Assembly (NCBI GenBank): GCA_018333525.1
Contig: JAGXTF010000058.1
Coordinates: 27,754 to 91,753, forward strand
Direction: 5' to 3'
From: Bacteroidota bacterium
Lineage (GTDB): Bacteria; Bacteroidota; Bacteroidia; NS11-12g; UBA955
DNA length: 64,000 nucleotides
Shown: piece after piece, positions 18,830-30,737 of the stretch
Numbering within the stretch: the first letter of the stretch is position 1
How the letters are laid out: every line of letters starts with the position of its first letter
The notes under the pieces: generated by a model
Told to the model about the DNA's origin: nothing
Seen by the model: the letters and a program-made list of their open reading frames with translations, nothing else
Database searches by the model: none
Position numbers and translations under genes: made by a program

Positions 18830-20533
18830 TTAACTCACGTATGATTTAATATCCCGAAGGCGCAATTGAATATTGGTACGTCCGTTAAACGTATTTTCTT
18901 CTATGGAATAACAGGCACTAAAACGCGCACCATTGCTCACCAATGGCAAATGGTATCCAAGGCCAAAACCAATACCATCCACACTAGTGCCTTTATAGGA
19001 TAATGCCAATTTCAAATGTTTGTCTTTTAATACCCTCGCACTTCCATTGCTGTACAAATTATCGGTTTTAAAAACCGGCAGCATATTTCCCGGGCCGAAC
19101 GGTGCCATCCGTTGTAAAGAATTCAACATATCATAATTGATATCTTCAATTCTCAAAGTCAGATCGTATTCAATTTCCGGAGTGGAAGATTTTTCAGGAA
19201 GACTTTGTTGTACAATTTCTTCAAATCGGGCAGCAAATTCCGGATAATTTTCAGCTTTTATGGAAAGCCCGGCGGCATATTTATGTCCGCCGTATTGTTC
19301 CACCAAATCACCACAGGCGCCAATAGCTTCGTGAATATCAAAATCCTTCACACTGCGAGCCGAGCCTGTTAACATGTCATCTGTTCTGGAAAAAACGATG
19401 GTGGGTTTATAAAATTGTTCTACCAACCTGCTGGCAACAATACCAATTACACCTTTATGCCAGGATTCACCGAAGAGCACCGTGCTTTTGCGTTCCTGCA
19501 ATTCGCGGTCGGTTTCCACCATATTCACTGCTTCACGGGTAATATCAGAATCCAGTCCTTTTCTCTCGTGATTGCGTTCATGCAACACTTTGGCAAATTG
19601 CCGCGCGGTGTTAAAATCCTTTTCTATCAGCATTCGTACAGCGGCCTTGGCATCGCCAACTCTTCCGGCTGCATTTATTCTGGGCCCGATTCCAAAAACG
19701 ATATCGGAAATAGAATATTCTTTTTTCTCCAGAGAACCTTCCATCAATGCCTGAAGTCCGATGCCGGGATTTTCAGCGAGTTTTTTCAATCCGAAATAGG
19801 CCAAAATTCGATTTTCACCCCGCATATCTACCAGATCGCTTGCGATACTTACTGCAACCAAATCCAGATATTCTTCATGTGTATAGGCGGGTAAACCATT
19901 TTTCTGGCTGTAAGCTTCAATTAATTTATATCCGATTCCGCAACCGCTCAGTTCTTTGTATGGGTATTCACAGTCCGAACGTTTAGGATTTAAAACAGCT
20001 GCCGCATTTGGGATTTTATCACCGGGTAAATGGTGGTCGCAGATGATAAAATCTACACCTTTTTCCTTTGCATAATCTACCAGTGCATTGCTACGAATGC
20101 CACAATCCAGTGCAATGATCAGCGTAAATCCATTTTCTGCGGCATAATCAATACCTGCTTTGGAAATTCCATATCCTTCCTTGTAGCGGTCGGGAATGTA
20201 ATATTCCATATTCTGACTAAAATTCCTGAAATAAGAGAACACTATGGATACGGCAGTTGTCCCATCCACATCGTAATCTCCATATACCAATAGTTTTTCT
20301 CTTTTTGACAATGCAGATTCAATGCGGGCAATGGCTTTTTCCATATCCTGCATCAAGAATGGATCGTGGAGGTGTTCCAGTTTTGGATTAAAAAAATAAT
20401 CCGCGTATTCCGGGGTGTCAATCCCGCGCTGTATCAGAATAGTAGCAAGCGGGGTGCTTATTTTGTAGGCTTCCGATAGCGATTTTACCTTCAATTCATT
20501 TGGCAATTCTTTTGCGCTCCACCGAAAATCCAT
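18830..20533 (-). CDS. recJ: single-stranded-DNA-specific exonuclease RecJ
   Basis: DHH and DHHA1 motifs (GDYDVDGTTA, DHH) in a 567-aa protein. Confidence 0.9.
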   Translation of the reverse strand: MDFRWSAKELPNELKVKSLSEAYKISTPLATILIQRGIDTPEYADYFFNPKLEHLHDPFLMQDMEKAIARIESALSKREKLLVYGDYDVDGTTAVSIVFSYFRNFSQNMEYYIPDRYKEGYGISKAGIDYAAENGFTLIIALDCGIRSNALVDYAKEKGVDFIICDHHLPGDKIPNAAAVLNPKRSDCEYPYKELSGCGIGYKLIEAYSQKNGLPAYTHEEYLDLVAVSIASDLVDMRGENRILAYFGLKKLAENPGIGLQALMEGSLEKKEYSISDIVFGIGPRINAAGRVGDAKAAVRMLIEKDFNTARQFAKVLHERNHERKGLDSDITREAVNMVETDRELQERKSTVLFGESWHKGVIGIVASRLVEQFYKPTIVFSRTDDMLTGSARSVKDFDIHEAIGACGDLVEQYGGHKYAAGLSIKAENYPEFAARFEEIVQQSLPEKSSTPEIEYDLTLRIEDINYDMLNSLQRMAPFGPGNMLPVFKTDNLYSNGSARVLKDKHLKLALSYKGTSVDGIGFGLGYHLPLVSNGARFSACYSIEENTFNGRTNIQLRLRDIKSYVS

Positions 20534-20627
20534 AGCCTGCGAAGTTCGTTATTTTTTGCCGACGATAAAAATAGAATCGCGAAGATTGTGGTGTATCAAT
20601 GGTTTTGGCGTTTTTTTGGATGGCGGG

Positions 20628-21191
20628 TTAACCCGGAATTGTAAAAGTTATTTCGCTCTCCCACGGGTCTCTGATGGGTTCTGCTGCTATTTCTGAGGAT
20701 TCATCCAGAGATTTTCTCATCCATAAAACATCATGCCATTGATTCATTTTGTAACCGGCTTTTTCATGCACGCACAATTTTGTAAAACCACATGCAGTAT
20801 GAAGCTTTTCACTACCTGTGTTTGGCATGGTAATTATACCGAATGCGTGACCAAAATGACGGGCATACAATTCGTCCAGAAGCTGGGTATATAACTTCCG
20901 TCCAAGTCCTTTTCCCCTTGCTGAGGCTGCCAAATAAATACTGGTTTCCACCGCCCAGCGATATGCAGGTCGCTCGCGATGAGAGGAAGCATATGCATAA
21001 CCTAAAACCTCCTCATCCCTGCGCAAAATCATAAACGGATATTTGCTTTTGATGGAGAAAACCCGCTCTTTAAACTCTGCAAGTGATGGCAATTGTAACT
21101 CAAACGAAACTGCAGATTTTTCAACAAACGGGCGATATATCTCCAACATATGCGGAATGTCGGCGGAAGATGGCGGAAGAATGCGAAACAT
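20628..21191 (-). CDS. GNAT-family N-acetyltransferase
   Basis: GNAT fold motifs (RGKGLGRKL). Confidence 0.8.
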   Translation of the reverse strand: MFRILPPSSADIPHMLEIYRPFVEKSAVSFELQLPSLAEFKERVFSIKSKYPFMILRRDEEVLGYAYASSHRERPAYRWAVETSIYLAASARGKGLGRKLYTQLLDELYARHFGHAFGIITMPNTGSEKLHTACGFTKLCVHEKAGYKMNQWHDVLWMRKSLDESSEIAAEPIRDPWESEITFTIPG

Positions 21192-21276
21192 GAATTACCT
21201 GCAATTTTATGAAAATAAAATGCCCGTGAAAAATTATCTTTAAATTCGTAAACCCGACATTTTCAAAACTACCAGC

Positions 21277-22584
21277 ATGAAATCATCTTTACTCATTATT
21301 TGTTTATTCCCATTTTTTATATCTGCACAAATTACAATCAACCAAAGCCATATGCCTGTATCAGGGGATACCATCCGCTACAGCAGTGCATCTCCATTAG
21401 GCTTGAACTTTAACGAAAGACAGCGTGGTGCAAGCCAAAGTTGGGATTTTAGTAGTTTAAAAAGTAACGGACAGGATATTTACCAGTATTTGAGTGCGAA
21501 CAAAACACCGTATTTGTTTTATTTCTTTAATCAAATCGGCCTCAAAACTGCTGATAGTATCGGCGCTTCCGTATTCACATTTAAAAATATTTATTCTTTT
21601 TACACCAAAAGCAGTACCGTTTTTAAAGCAGAAGGTTTGGGGTATTCCGTAAGTGGCATTCCCTTGGCCAGCAACTACTCGGATGAGGATGAAATATACC
21701 AGTTTCCACTTTCTTTCAATGATAGTGACGTAAGCACATTCCGGTTTGTATTTACAATTCCGGGGCAAACCAATTTTTCATTTGTTCAGGCGGGCAAACG
21801 CACCAATGTGGTAGATGCCTGGGGAAGTATTAAAACTCCTTATAAAACCTACAATTCGGTTATCCGGGTAAAGACCATCATGGATGAAGTGGATACTTTG
21901 GTAACCCAATTTGGTAAAATACCGGTGCCACGCAAACAGGTAATTTACAAATGGCTGGCAACCTCTGAGCGAATTCCGGTATTGGAAATTACGGGAACTG
22001 TTACCGGCAGTACATTTACTGCCACCCAAATCCGCTACCGCGATTCCTTCAATGGAATAGCTCCTTTGTTACAACCACGCGCCAGGTTTGATGTTTCGGC
22101 AACTTCCGGTTATGTGAATTCAGATACTTTCACATTTACCGATGCTTCCAGGCCATTCGCCACCTCTTGGAAATGGAATATAACACCTGCTTCGGATGTG
22201 GTTTTCGTAAACGGAACTACTTCAACCAGCCGCAATCCGCAGGTGGTTTTTACGCAAAGGGGAATATTTAGCGCTACCCTTACTGCAACCAATTTTACGG
22301 GTAGTGATGACACCACGGCCACAGATGTTATCACAATTGGATATGGTGTAAATACCATTCAACCGGTAAAAATAGAACAGGTAATATTCCCAAATCCTGC
22401 AAGTGAAGAAGTTTTTATTCGCCATAATTCTGTAAAAACAGAAGTAATTATTTTTGATTTGGCAGGTAAGGAACTGAAAAAAGGAATTCCGGAGAACGAA
22501 CGTTTGTATGTAGGCGACTTGCCACAGGGCATTTACATACTTTACGCCAACGGAGTAAGCAACCTGTTTCGCATTGTTCGGTAA
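21277..22584 (+). CDS. secreted protein with a PKD-like domain and a T9SS C-terminal sorting domain
   Basis: Signal peptide. The C-terminal ~80 aa show the VIFPNPASEEVFI...GIYILYA pattern typical of Por_Secre_tail. Confidence 0.7.
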   Translation: MKSSLLIICLFPFFISAQITINQSHMPVSGDTIRYSSASPLGLNFNERQRGASQSWDFSSLKSNGQDIYQYLSANKTPYLFYFFNQIGLKTADSIGASVFTFKNIYSFYTKSSTVFKAEGLGYSVSGIPLASNYSDEDEIYQFPLSFNDSDVSTFRFVFTIPGQTNFSFVQAGKRTNVVDAWGSIKTPYKTYNSVIRVKTIMDEVDTLVTQFGKIPVPRKQVIYKWLATSERIPVLEITGTVTGSTFTATQIRYRDSFNGIAPLLQPRARFDVSATSGYVNSDTFTFTDASRPFATSWKWNITPASDVVFVNGTTSTSRNPQVVFTQRGIFSATLTATNFTGSDDTTATDVITIGYGVNTIQPVKIEQVIFPNPASEEVFIRHNSVKTEVIIFDLAGKELKKGIPENERLYVGDLPQGIYILYANGVSNLFRIVR

Positions 22585-22675
22585 GTGGAATATGAGCAAT
22601 GCCATGGTATTTGCTGACTTTAGTACTTGATACCGACACTTCAATTCAATATCTTCGCCGTTTCTTAAGTAAAAG

Positions 22676-23791
22676 GTGAAAATTGCAATATTAAAAGAAA
22701 GCCGCAGCGGAGAAAAGAGGGTTGCGGCAACCCCACAAGTATGTTCACAGTGGATAAAAGGAGGTAATGAAGTTGCGGTGGAATCCGGTGCCGGAGCACA
22801 GGCATTTTACAGCGACAAAACTTATACTGCCGTCGGTGTTTCTGCAGGTACCAGAGCCGAAACTCTGAAAGATGCCAGATTGGTATTGATGGTGAATCCA
22901 CCGGATGCAGATACCATAAAAGAACTGCCCTCAGGTTGTGCCATTGCCAGTTTGCTTTACCACCGCAGTAACCCTGAATTGGTTGCAGCACTAAATGCAA
23001 AGAATATTTCCGCGTACAGTCTGGATGCAATTCCAAGAATTTCACGTGCCCAGAGTATGGACGTGTTGAGCTCCCAAAGCAACCTTGCAGGTTATAAAGC
23101 GGTAATAAAAGGTGCTGAAAACCTCGGCAAAATATTTCCAATGTTGATGACCGCTGCAGGTACTATAACCCCATCCAGGGTTTTGATATTTGGCGTTGGT
23201 GTTGCAGGTCTTCAGGCCATTGCTACAGCCAAAAGACTGGGTGCAGTAGTTGAAGCTACCGATGTTCGCCCGGAGACCAAAGAACAAGTAGAAAGCCTAG
23301 GCGGCAAATTTATTGAAGTAAAAGGTGCTGAAGTGGGTAGCGAAGGCGGATATGCGAAGGAAGCCTCAGAAGAATACAGACAAAAACAGCGTGAAGCGGT
23401 GAACAAAAGCTTGTCTATGGCAGATTTGGTAATTACCACTGCACTTGTCCCGGGCCGCAAAGCACCAATATTGGTAGATTCCGAACAACTGGACCTGATG
23501 AAGCCCGGAAGTGTGCTTGTGGATATGGCCGCGGAACAGGGTGGTAACTGCGTGGGAACAGAACCTGGAACCATTAAAGAAATCAATGGTGTAAAGATAA
23601 TTGGATGTGTAAACCTGCCATCTGAATTGCCGATGAACAGCAGCGATTTGTTCGCCAAAAATATCGATGCACTTTTAAAACTTATTGCACCCAAAAGCGA
23701 ATTGCTTTTTGATATGGAAGATGAAATTGTAAAAGGCAGCCTGATTTGCCACGAGGGAAAATTGTTACAAGGGGAAACACAACAGTCTTAA
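22676..23791 (+). CDS. pntA: NAD(P) transhydrogenase subunit alpha part 1 (GTG start)
   Basis: Alanine dehydrogenase/PNT N-terminal domains. It leads the conserved pntAA-pntAB-pntB gene order. Confidence 0.85.
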   Translation: MKIAILKESRSGEKRVAATPQVCSQWIKGGNEVAVESGAGAQAFYSDKTYTAVGVSAGTRAETLKDARLVLMVNPPDADTIKELPSGCAIASLLYHRSNPELVAALNAKNISAYSLDAIPRISRAQSMDVLSSQSNLAGYKAVIKGAENLGKIFPMLMTAAGTITPSRVLIFGVGVAGLQAIATAKRLGAVVEATDVRPETKEQVESLGGKFIEVKGAEVGSEGGYAKEASEEYRQKQREAVNKSLSMADLVITTALVPGRKAPILVDSEQLDLMKPGSVLVDMAAEQGGNCVGTEPGTIKEINGVKIIGCVNLPSELPMNSSDLFAKNIDALLKLIAPKSELLFDMEDEIVKGSLICHEGKLLQGETQQS

Positions 23792-23801
23792 AAAAAGAAT
23801 A

Positions 23802-24128
23802 ATGGAAGAAATACTGAACTTTATTGGAGAAAACGTGATAATGATCTATCTGGTCATTCTGATGGTTTTTGTTGGGATTGAGCTTATTGGCCACGTGCCA
23901 AGTGTGTTGCACACCCCGCTGATGAGCGGAGCAAATGCCATACATGGTGTTGTGCTTGTTGGAGCCATATATGTGTTAAAAAATGCGGAAGCAGATGATT
24001 ATATCAGCCTAAGCGTTGGATTTTTAGGAGTTATTGTAGGAACATTAAATGTAATTGGTGGGTTTGTAGTGACCGACCGCATGTTGGAAATGTTTAAGAA
24101 GAAACCGGTGAAAGGGGCAAAATCATGA
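23802..24128 (+). CDS. NAD(P) transhydrogenase subunit alpha part 2 (membrane)
   Basis: 108-aa hydrophobic protein between pntAA and pntB. It overlaps pntB by 4 bp. Confidence 0.8.
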   Translation: MEEILNFIGENVIMIYLVILMVFVGIELIGHVPSVLHTPLMSGANAIHGVVLVGAIYVLKNAEADDYISLSVGFLGVIVGTLNVIGGFVVTDRMLEMFKKKPVKGAKS

Positions 24129-25528
24129 ATTCCATTCAGGAATTTCTATTTTTACTCGGATCGGTTGGGTTTATTCTCGGTCTTAAATACATGGGCAAAC
24201 CAGATTCCGCCAGAAAAGGGAATCTCATTGCTGCTGCAGGTATGGCTTTCGCAGTTATCGGAATATTGTTTTTCGATAACAAAGAAGAGGGTATAGTGGT
24301 TGCCAATAACATAGGATTAATCCTCGGTGCCATTGCTATTGGTACCATCATAGGATGGCTCATGGCCAAAAAAGTAAAAATGACATCCATGCCTGAAATG
24401 GTATCTCTGTTTAATGGTATGGGTGGTCTTTGTGCAGCATTGATTTCCATTATTGAATGGCGCAGTCATGAAGGCACCATGGAAATGGGACATTATCTTC
24501 CCATTGTTGCAGGTTTGATCATAGGAACGGTTTCATTTACAGGAAGTATGATTGCCTGGGGCAAACTCAGCGGAAAAATCGGGGATTATCGTTTTCCGGG
24601 TCAGCAATTTATCAATTTGTTTTTGCTGGTTGCGGTATTGGGTGCAGCCTGGATGAATTTCAGCGCTGCAAACAGCGGAGAAGATTCCATGATGTGGTTT
24701 TACGCCATTATTGGATTGGCAATCATTTACGGTCTTTTATTCGTTTTCCCGATTGGCGGTGCGGATATGCCGGTGGTTATTTCACTGTTGAACTCATTTA
24801 CCGGTGTAGCAGCAGCTTGCGGGGGATTTTTATATGATAACAAAGTAATGCTCATGGGAGGTATTCTCGTGGGTTCTGCCGGAACCATTCTCACAGTAGT
24901 GATGTGTAAAGCCATGAACCGAAGTCTGACCAATGTGCTTATTGGAGCCGTTGGTGGCAACAATTCTGTGGCCAGTACCGGAGGAAAACCGGGTGGAACT
25001 GTACGCGAAGTGCAGGCAACTGACGTCGCTATTATGATGAAATACGCCAGTAAGGTAATTGTTGTTCCAGGTTACGGACTTGCGGTAGCTCAGGCGCAGC
25101 ACGTGGTACATGAATTGGAAAACATGCTGGAAGAAGAAGGGGTAGAAGTGAAATACGCCATTCATCCGGTGGCAGGACGCATGCCAGGCCATATGAACGT
25201 ATTACTTGCAGAAAGTAATGTTAGCTATGACAAACTGGTGGAAATGGAACATATCAATCCGGAATTTGCAACTACAGATGTGGTATTGGTAGTTGGTGCC
25301 AATGATGTAGTGAATCCTGCGGCTAAAACCGACCCTTCCAGTCCTATATACGGAATGCCAATTTTGGATGTAGAAAATTCAAAGCAGATTATTGTGTTGA
25401 AACGCAGTATGAAATCCGGATATGCCGGTATAGACAACGACTTGTTTTACAACCCTAAATGCGGAATGCTCTTCGGCGATGCCAAAGACAGTTTGCAAAA
25501 ACTGGTTAATGAATTAAAAGTAGTTTAA
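24125..25528 (+). CDS. pntB: NAD(P) transhydrogenase subunit beta
   Basis: N-terminal membrane domain followed by a C-terminal NADP(H)-binding domain. Confidence 0.9.
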   Translation: MNSIQEFLFLLGSVGFILGLKYMGKPDSARKGNLIAAAGMAFAVIGILFFDNKEEGIVVANNIGLILGAIAIGTIIGWLMAKKVKMTSMPEMVSLFNGMGGLCAALISIIEWRSHEGTMEMGHYLPIVAGLIIGTVSFTGSMIAWGKLSGKIGDYRFPGQQFINLFLLVAVLGAAWMNFSAANSGEDSMMWFYAIIGLAIIYGLLFVFPIGGADMPVVISLLNSFTGVAAACGGFLYDNKVMLMGGILVGSAGTILTVVMCKAMNRSLTNVLIGAVGGNNSVASTGGKPGGTVREVQATDVAIMMKYASKVIVVPGYGLAVAQAQHVVHELENMLEEEGVEVKYAIHPVAGRMPGHMNVLLAESNVSYDKLVEMEHINPEFATTDVVLVVGANDVVNPAAKTDPSSPIYGMPILDVENSKQIIVLKRSMKSGYAGIDNDLFYNPKCGMLFGDAKDSLQKLVNELKVV

Positions 25529-25646
25529 AATTTCGCTGCCAATTTTTCCCTTTGCGGACTATTGTCATCTTTCTTATTTGTGTTTTCCGGATGTAACAAA
25601 AATTAGCAAACGCTGTATAACTGCTGTTAATTTGCAATATAATTTC

Positions 25647-27785
25647 ATGGTTTCACGTATAATCTTCATTCTCGGTTTTAGTTCGTTTTCTGCACTTTGG
25701 TCTCAAGGCTATTATCCTGAAAAATACACCAATGGCAATCCCAAATCCATTTGGACCGGAAAGGCTCTGAATCTGGAAAATGATGCTGCTGACGATAAAA
25801 CTTCCAATTGGCAACTGGTTTTGGATCCCATGAAATCGGATACCTGGTCTAAAACCCAGTTAATGTCAATTAATTTTTCATTTGATGGAAATCCGGTTGT
25901 AGCTTTTAAAGCGAGCAATACGGGAATTATTACTTTTGATACTACGGTAACATCAAATCCCTTAAAAGGATTTCATGTATTGCCACAAAATGCAATTCCA
26001 AATAAATCTTCGGTTATTTTAGGTTTACATGGAATTGGGGATAATGATAAAGTAGTGTGCAAAGTTTTCGGACCTGCACCTTATCGCCAGTTGTGGATCA
26101 AATTTCTTTCTTTTTCTCCAGCAACCGATTCTCTTGGTGCCTCCAACCTTACAACTGCAGTGGTTTTTGAAGAAACCAGCAACAGAATATTTTTGGTTTT
26201 AATGAATGAAAATCACCTGTCAGGGGCCTCTAATTTATATAAATTAAATCCTGGAATTCAAACCGATAAGTTCGTAGCAAGTCCATTAAATAACAACGGA
26301 AATTCTTATGGATTTCCTGTATCTTCTAAAGCAGACGATAATTATTATTACGAATTTAATTATGGTTTCCAAAATGTCCTGGATTTGGAATTGGGAATTG
26401 CAGAAACAAAATCGAATATAAAGGCAGGAACAAATGCAGATGTCACCTATTATTTGGCGAACAATAGCGGTGTTTCTGTGGATTCAACAGTCTTGTATTA
26501 CCAGTTCGACGGTGGATCTGTTTCCAGTGAAAAAATAAAATTCAACTGGCTGGCAGGACGTGAAAATATATATACCGGAAAAATAAATGGGATTACCATC
26601 AATGGCCCGGCTGGTGCAACCCATGAATTGGTAATGTGGATTAACAAAGCAAATAATATTACGGAAACCATTACCAATAACGACACACAAAAAATTGTAT
26701 TTCTTGCAGTAAACGGCACACAATCAACAGGTCAGGTTTTGATGGAAAGTGCCACCGCAGCTTGGTGCGGAGTTTGTCCTGGAAATAATTTAAAAATGGA
26801 TCGCTGGAAAGAGAAATATGGAGACACCATAATTCTGGTGCAGCACCACCAGTTGGATGAAATGGCAGGAAACAATGATGCACTTTTTGATGCATATTTT
26901 GATAATACACCCGGAACTTTAATTAACAGATCTGCCATGCCGAATTTGGATTCTGCGGCAAAGAATCTCGATAAAGCCATTCATGAAATTCGCATGGCGC
27001 CGGCAACAGTAAATGTTCAGAATATGAGTTTAAATGAAAGTACAGGAGAATTGAAATATTCAGTTTTAGTAAAATTTGAAGATTATTTTCAGGGCACTTT
27101 AAACGTAGGTGGTTTGGTATTGGAAGACAATGTGCGCGGCAGTGGCGCAGGATTTAACCAAACCATCAATGATACGCTTACCAACGATACTAAAGATTGG
27201 TTTTATAGATTTAGCAACCCAATAAATGGATATTACCACCAGCACGTGGCCTGGCATATCCACGGCGGGGCAAGAGGGCAGGAGCTGGCGTATAAATCCT
27301 ATGCACCTGGTGATACAGTGCTTCTGGATTTTTTCTATACCATTCCGCAACTGTTAAAACCTGCTGTAATTCTGGCTTCTCCATATTTGCCGGTTGGAGA
27401 TATTATCAGTTCCGGAAAGCCTGCAGATATTCAGGCAGTTGGTTTTGCAACATACACAGAAAGCGGAAAAGAATATTTTATCAATGCGGGATTAACACCA
27501 CTCTGGAATACCAATTTGTCGGTTGGAAATAAGCAAATTGCCAATTGGAATTTGTATCCCAACCCTGCGTCAGATCACATTGTTCTGCAAGCTGTAAATC
27601 AAATGCAGCGTCTGGAAATTGTGGATATGGCTGGAAATAAATTGTTTGTAGCAAATGCGGATTATCAAAATATTCCCGAAGTGATTTCCCTTGGGGATTG
27701 TTTGAAAACTGCAGGTATTTATTTCGTTCGTGTTACCGATTCATTTGGAAATACCGGCGGAAAAAAATTGATTTATATGCCGTAA
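25647..27785 (+). CDS. large secreted Omp28-related thioredoxin-like protein with a T9SS C-terminal sorting domain
   Basis: Signal peptide. An internal WCGVCP thioredoxin-like motif in an Omp28-like region. A C-terminal [15 protein letters not shown]...GIYFVRV sorting domain. The start was set at the ATG at 25647. Confidence 0.6.
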   Translation: MVSRIIFILGFSSFSALWSQGYYPEKYTNGNPKSIWTGKALNLENDAADDKTSNWQLVLDPMKSDTWSKTQLMSINFSFDGNPVVAFKASNTGIITFDTTVTSNPLKGFHVLPQNAIPNKSSVILGLHGIGDNDKVVCKVFGPAPYRQLWIKFLSFSPATDSLGASNLTTAVVFEETSNRIFLVLMNENHLSGASNLYKLNPGIQTDKFVASPLNNNGNSYGFPVSSKADDNYYYEFNYGFQNVLDLELGIAETKSNIKAGTNADVTYYLANNSGVSVDSTVLYYQFDGGSVSSEKIKFNWLAGRENIYTGKINGITINGPAGATHELVMWINKANNITETITNNDTQKIVFLAVNGTQSTGQVLMESATAAWCGVCPGNNLKMDRWKEKYGDTIILVQHHQLDEMAGNNDALFDAYFDNTPGTLINRSAMPNLDSAAKNLDKAIHEIRMAPATVNVQNMSLNESTGELKYSVLVKFEDYFQGTLNVGGLVLEDNVRGSGAGFNQTINDTLTNDTKDWFYRFSNPINGYYHQHVAWHIHGGARGQELAYKSYAPGDTVLLDFFYTIPQLLKPAVILASPYLPVGDIISSGKPADIQAVGFATYTESGKEYFINAGLTPLWNTNLSVGNKQIANWNLYPNPASDHIVLQAVNQMQRLEIVDMAGNKLFVANADYQNIPEVISLGDCLKTAGIYFVRVTDSFGNTGGKKLIYMP

Positions 27786-29812
27786 TGCAATAAATCGCGC
27801 AGAATTTCCATTGCTCTTTCTTCACTGTTTACAGGTTCCATGCACGTATCTCCGGGGCAGATATATATGTTACCTGGTTTCCCTTGCATTTTTTCCTGCA
27901 TGGCTTTAACATGATTGTTTTTTTCTGTAAAAACCAATGCCCATTCCGGTAATATTTTTCTGAATCTCTGTTCCATTTCTGCATCGTATTTTCCGGTAAT
28001 ATAAATCTGTAATATTCCGATAGATTCTGCTTGTGCCGCCCTGCACCAGTTGCTGTACCATGCCGGATTTTGTATTACCTGTGCGCGCAAATGGTTTAAT
28101 CCGGTTTTTCCAATTTCGAGATATTGCATGTTGTCCAGAATAATTCCTGCTTTTTGCAACGCTAAGGCGAGTATGCTTCCTGATGATGGGATTACATCGT
28201 CGCTGTTATCGCTTTTGCGGATCATAATGGTTTCACTTGTGTCGGAAGTAAAATAAAACAAACCGGTTTCCGCATCGTAAAAATGTTTGATACAAATGGC
28301 GGTAAGTTTGTCTGCAGTTTGCATCCATTGCCAGTCCCCATCGGCTTCATATAGCGAAATAAGTGCCGAAATATAACAGGCAAAATCCTCACAAAAAGCT
28401 TCAGATTTTTCACCATTTTCCGAGAAATAACGGTACAATATATTTTCTCTGAAAAAATGGGTATGCATCCATGTGGCTTGTTGTTGTGCCTGATACAGAA
28501 TATTGGAATCCTGAAAATACTTTGCCGCATCTGCCAGCGCTTTTAACATCAATCCATTCCATGCGCACAGTTTTTTATGGTCGAGAGATGGTCGTATTCT
28601 GGAATTTTGGAATGTAAATATTTTATTCTGTATGGAAATTTGCAAAGCGTCCATTTCATGAATAGTCAATCCTGTTTTTTCCAGCAATTGTAGAGGTGCC
28701 AGGGGTTTGTGGAGGATGTTATTTCCATGTTCCCAATTACCTGTCGCTTTTAAACCATATATTTCTGAAGCCAATTCCATTTCATTGGGTTCGAGAATTT
28801 GTTGTAATTCGGGCCATTGAAATACATAAAATTTTCCTTCTACTCCTTCACTGTCGGCATCCAGTGCAGAATAATAACCACTGTTATTTTCTTTTAATTC
28901 CCGTTCGATAAATGCCAAAATATCCATGGCTACTTTTTTATAAATATCAGCATCAAAAATTTGATATGCCCTACTGTATAATGAAATCAGTTGTGCATTG
29001 TCATACAGCATTTTTTCAAAATGCGGAGCAAACCAATGTTTGTCTGTGGCATATCGGTAAAATCCGCCACGTATATGATCATGTATGCCACCGTTGGCCA
29101 TTTGCAGCAAAGTGAAGTGAATAAAATCGCTGATTTCTTCGTTACCGCTTATTTGATATTCGTCCAGCAAATATTCCTGCACAACTGGCATAGGGAATTT
29201 CTGGCTTCGGTCCAATCCGCCATATTCCATATCAAATGATTCAGCAAGTTTCGAAACAGTATTCCGCAAATCGGCAGCATTTGTTTTTTCGGTTCGCGGG
29301 AATTCCAACAAATTCATTTCTTCCAGGCCGTTCTGCACTTTTTTGCCATATTCCAGCATTTTCTCCGGTTCTTTTAGATACAGGTCATACAATTGTTTCA
29401 AAATAGAATTCCAGGCATCTTTAGGAAAATAGGTACCGGTATAAACCGGACGTTTATCAGGCAGACAAATGGCATTTAACGGCCATCCGCCGCGGCCTGT
29501 CATCAGTTGGCAGGCATCCATGTAAACCATGTCTATGTCCGGTCTTTCTTCGCGATCCACTTTGATGCAAATGAAATGTTCGTTCATAGCCTCGGCCATT
29601 TCCACATCTTCAAAAGTTTCGCGTTCCATTACATGACACCAGTGGCAAGTGCTGTAGCCGATGCTTACAATTACCAGTTTATTTTCTTCCTGTGCGCGTT
29701 TCCAGGCGTTCTCGGACCACATTTCCCAGTTTACCGGGTTGTGTGCATGCTGAAGCAAATAAGGACTTCCTGAATGAATTAAAGCGTTTGTATAAGCGTG
29801 TTTATCTGTCAA
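27773..29812 (-). CDS. thioredoxin-domain protein of the YyaL/DUF255 (SSP411-like) family
   Basis: N-terminal [11 protein letters not shown] thioredoxin-like motif followed by a six-hairpin glycosidase-like body. It overlaps the convergent T9SS gene by 13 bp. Confidence 0.85.
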   Translation of the reverse strand: MTDKHAYTNALIHSGSPYLLQHAHNPVNWEMWSENAWKRAQEENKLVIVSIGYSTCHWCHVMERETFEDVEMAEAMNEHFICIKVDREERPDIDMVYMDACQLMTGRGGWPLNAICLPDKRPVYTGTYFPKDAWNSILKQLYDLYLKEPEKMLEYGKKVQNGLEEMNLLEFPRTEKTNAADLRNTVSKLAESFDMEYGGLDRSQKFPMPVVQEYLLDEYQISGNEEISDFIHFTLLQMANGGIHDHIRGGFYRYATDKHWFAPHFEKMLYDNAQLISLYSRAYQIFDADIYKKVAMDILAFIERELKENNSGYYSALDADSEGVEGKFYVFQWPELQQILEPNEMELASEIYGLKATGNWEHGNNILHKPLAPLQLLEKTGLTIHEMDALQISIQNKIFTFQNSRIRPSLDHKKLCAWNGLMLKALADAAKYFQDSNILYQAQQQATWMHTHFFRENILYRYFSENGEKSEAFCEDFACYISALISLYEADGDWQWMQTADKLTAICIKHFYDAETGLFYFTSDTSETIMIRKSDNSDDVIPSSGSILALALQKAGIILDNMQYLEIGKTGLNHLRAQVIQNPAWYSNWCRAAQAESIGILQIYITGKYDAEMEQRFRKILPEWALVFTEKNNHVKAMQEKMQGKPGNIYICPGDTCMEPVNSEERAMEILRDLLHYGI

Positions 29813-29837
29813 TGCAATATTTTATCTTTGATACCTG

Positions 29838-30365
29838 ATGCGCAAAGGTCGTTACTCCTTTTTACTTTTAATATTTTTGTTTTATTGCTTGCATGTAAAA
29901 GCACAGGATGGATTTGCCAAAGCGCAGGTGGACACGCTTCACCATCGCGGTTTCAGAGATTATCAGGAGGCAGCAGATAGTTTATACAGCCGTTTGTTGA
30001 GTAAAAAGCCAAATAGTGTAAGGGAATTTACGGTAGATGAAAAAACTTTTATTGCAGAAACGCGCAAAGTGGATACTGTAATTGCCATACAAATGATCCA
30101 TGGGCAGTATACCTTTTACTGGGGGCAGGTGGAGCGTTCTTATAACAAGTTGCATAAAAAGTTACAGAGCAGAAAAATCCGCGCAGAAAAAACCAAAAAA
30201 GATACGGTGCTGTTGTATCCCAATTATGGCAATGGCGTACAACGCGCGGAGCTTTATATCAAGCAAAAAAAATACCAGGCCTATATCAAATACCAGTTGT
30301 GGCAGGTGAATGGCTTGTGGTATTTTACAGGGAAGTTTGAGGTGGTGGAACAGGTGGACAAGTGA
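29838..30365 (+). CDS. hypothetical secreted protein
   Basis: Signal peptide. No recognisable domain. Confidence 0.45.
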   Translation: MRKGRYSFLLLIFLFYCLHVKAQDGFAKAQVDTLHHRGFRDYQEAADSLYSRLLSKKPNSVREFTVDEKTFIAETRKVDTVIAIQMIHGQYTFYWGQVERSYNKLHKKLQSRKIRAEKTKKDTVLLYPNYGNGVQRAELYIKQKKYQAYIKYQLWQVNGLWYFTGKFEVVEQVDK

Positions 30366-30368
30366 GTA

Positions 30369-30552
30369 GGGCTTTGGGTGGTCGGTGGTTTCATCGCTTC
30401 GCCGGATGAAACAAGAACACCGACCACGGGAACAAAGTGAGATTTTGGGTAGAGATGTTGTTGGTTAGTCACTTGCTTCGCCGCGACTTATAACCAACAA
30501 CCGACCGTGGATCTGAGTTGAAATTGTAATTCATATGGAATTTTATTCATCA
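30369..30552. repeat. REP-like composite palindromic element, copy 1 (two nested GC-rich hairpins)
   Basis: Hairpin 1 is GGTCGGTGGTTTCATC-GCTTCGCCG-GATGAAAC..CACCGACC. Hairpin 2 is TTGTTGGTTA-..GCTTCGCCGC..-TAACCAACAA. Almost the same ~184 bp recurs immediately downstream. Confidence 0.8.
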
Positions 30553-30737
30553 TTGGGGCTTTGGGTGGTCGGTGGTTTCATCGCTTCGCCGGATGAAACA
30601 AGAACACCGACCACAGGAACAAAGTGAGATTTTGGGTAGAGACATTGTTGGTTAGTCACTTGCTGCGCCGCGACTTATAACCAACAACCGACCGTGCAAC
30701 TTAGTTAATTTGCAATTTGTTTAGAATTTTATTCATC
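30553..30737. repeat. REP-like composite palindromic element, copy 2 (overlaps the 3' end of the transposase gene)
   Basis: Tandem duplicate of copy 1 with a few substitutions. Its GAATTTTATTCATCAT tail is the coding 3' end of the adjacent RAYT-like gene. Confidence 0.8.
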
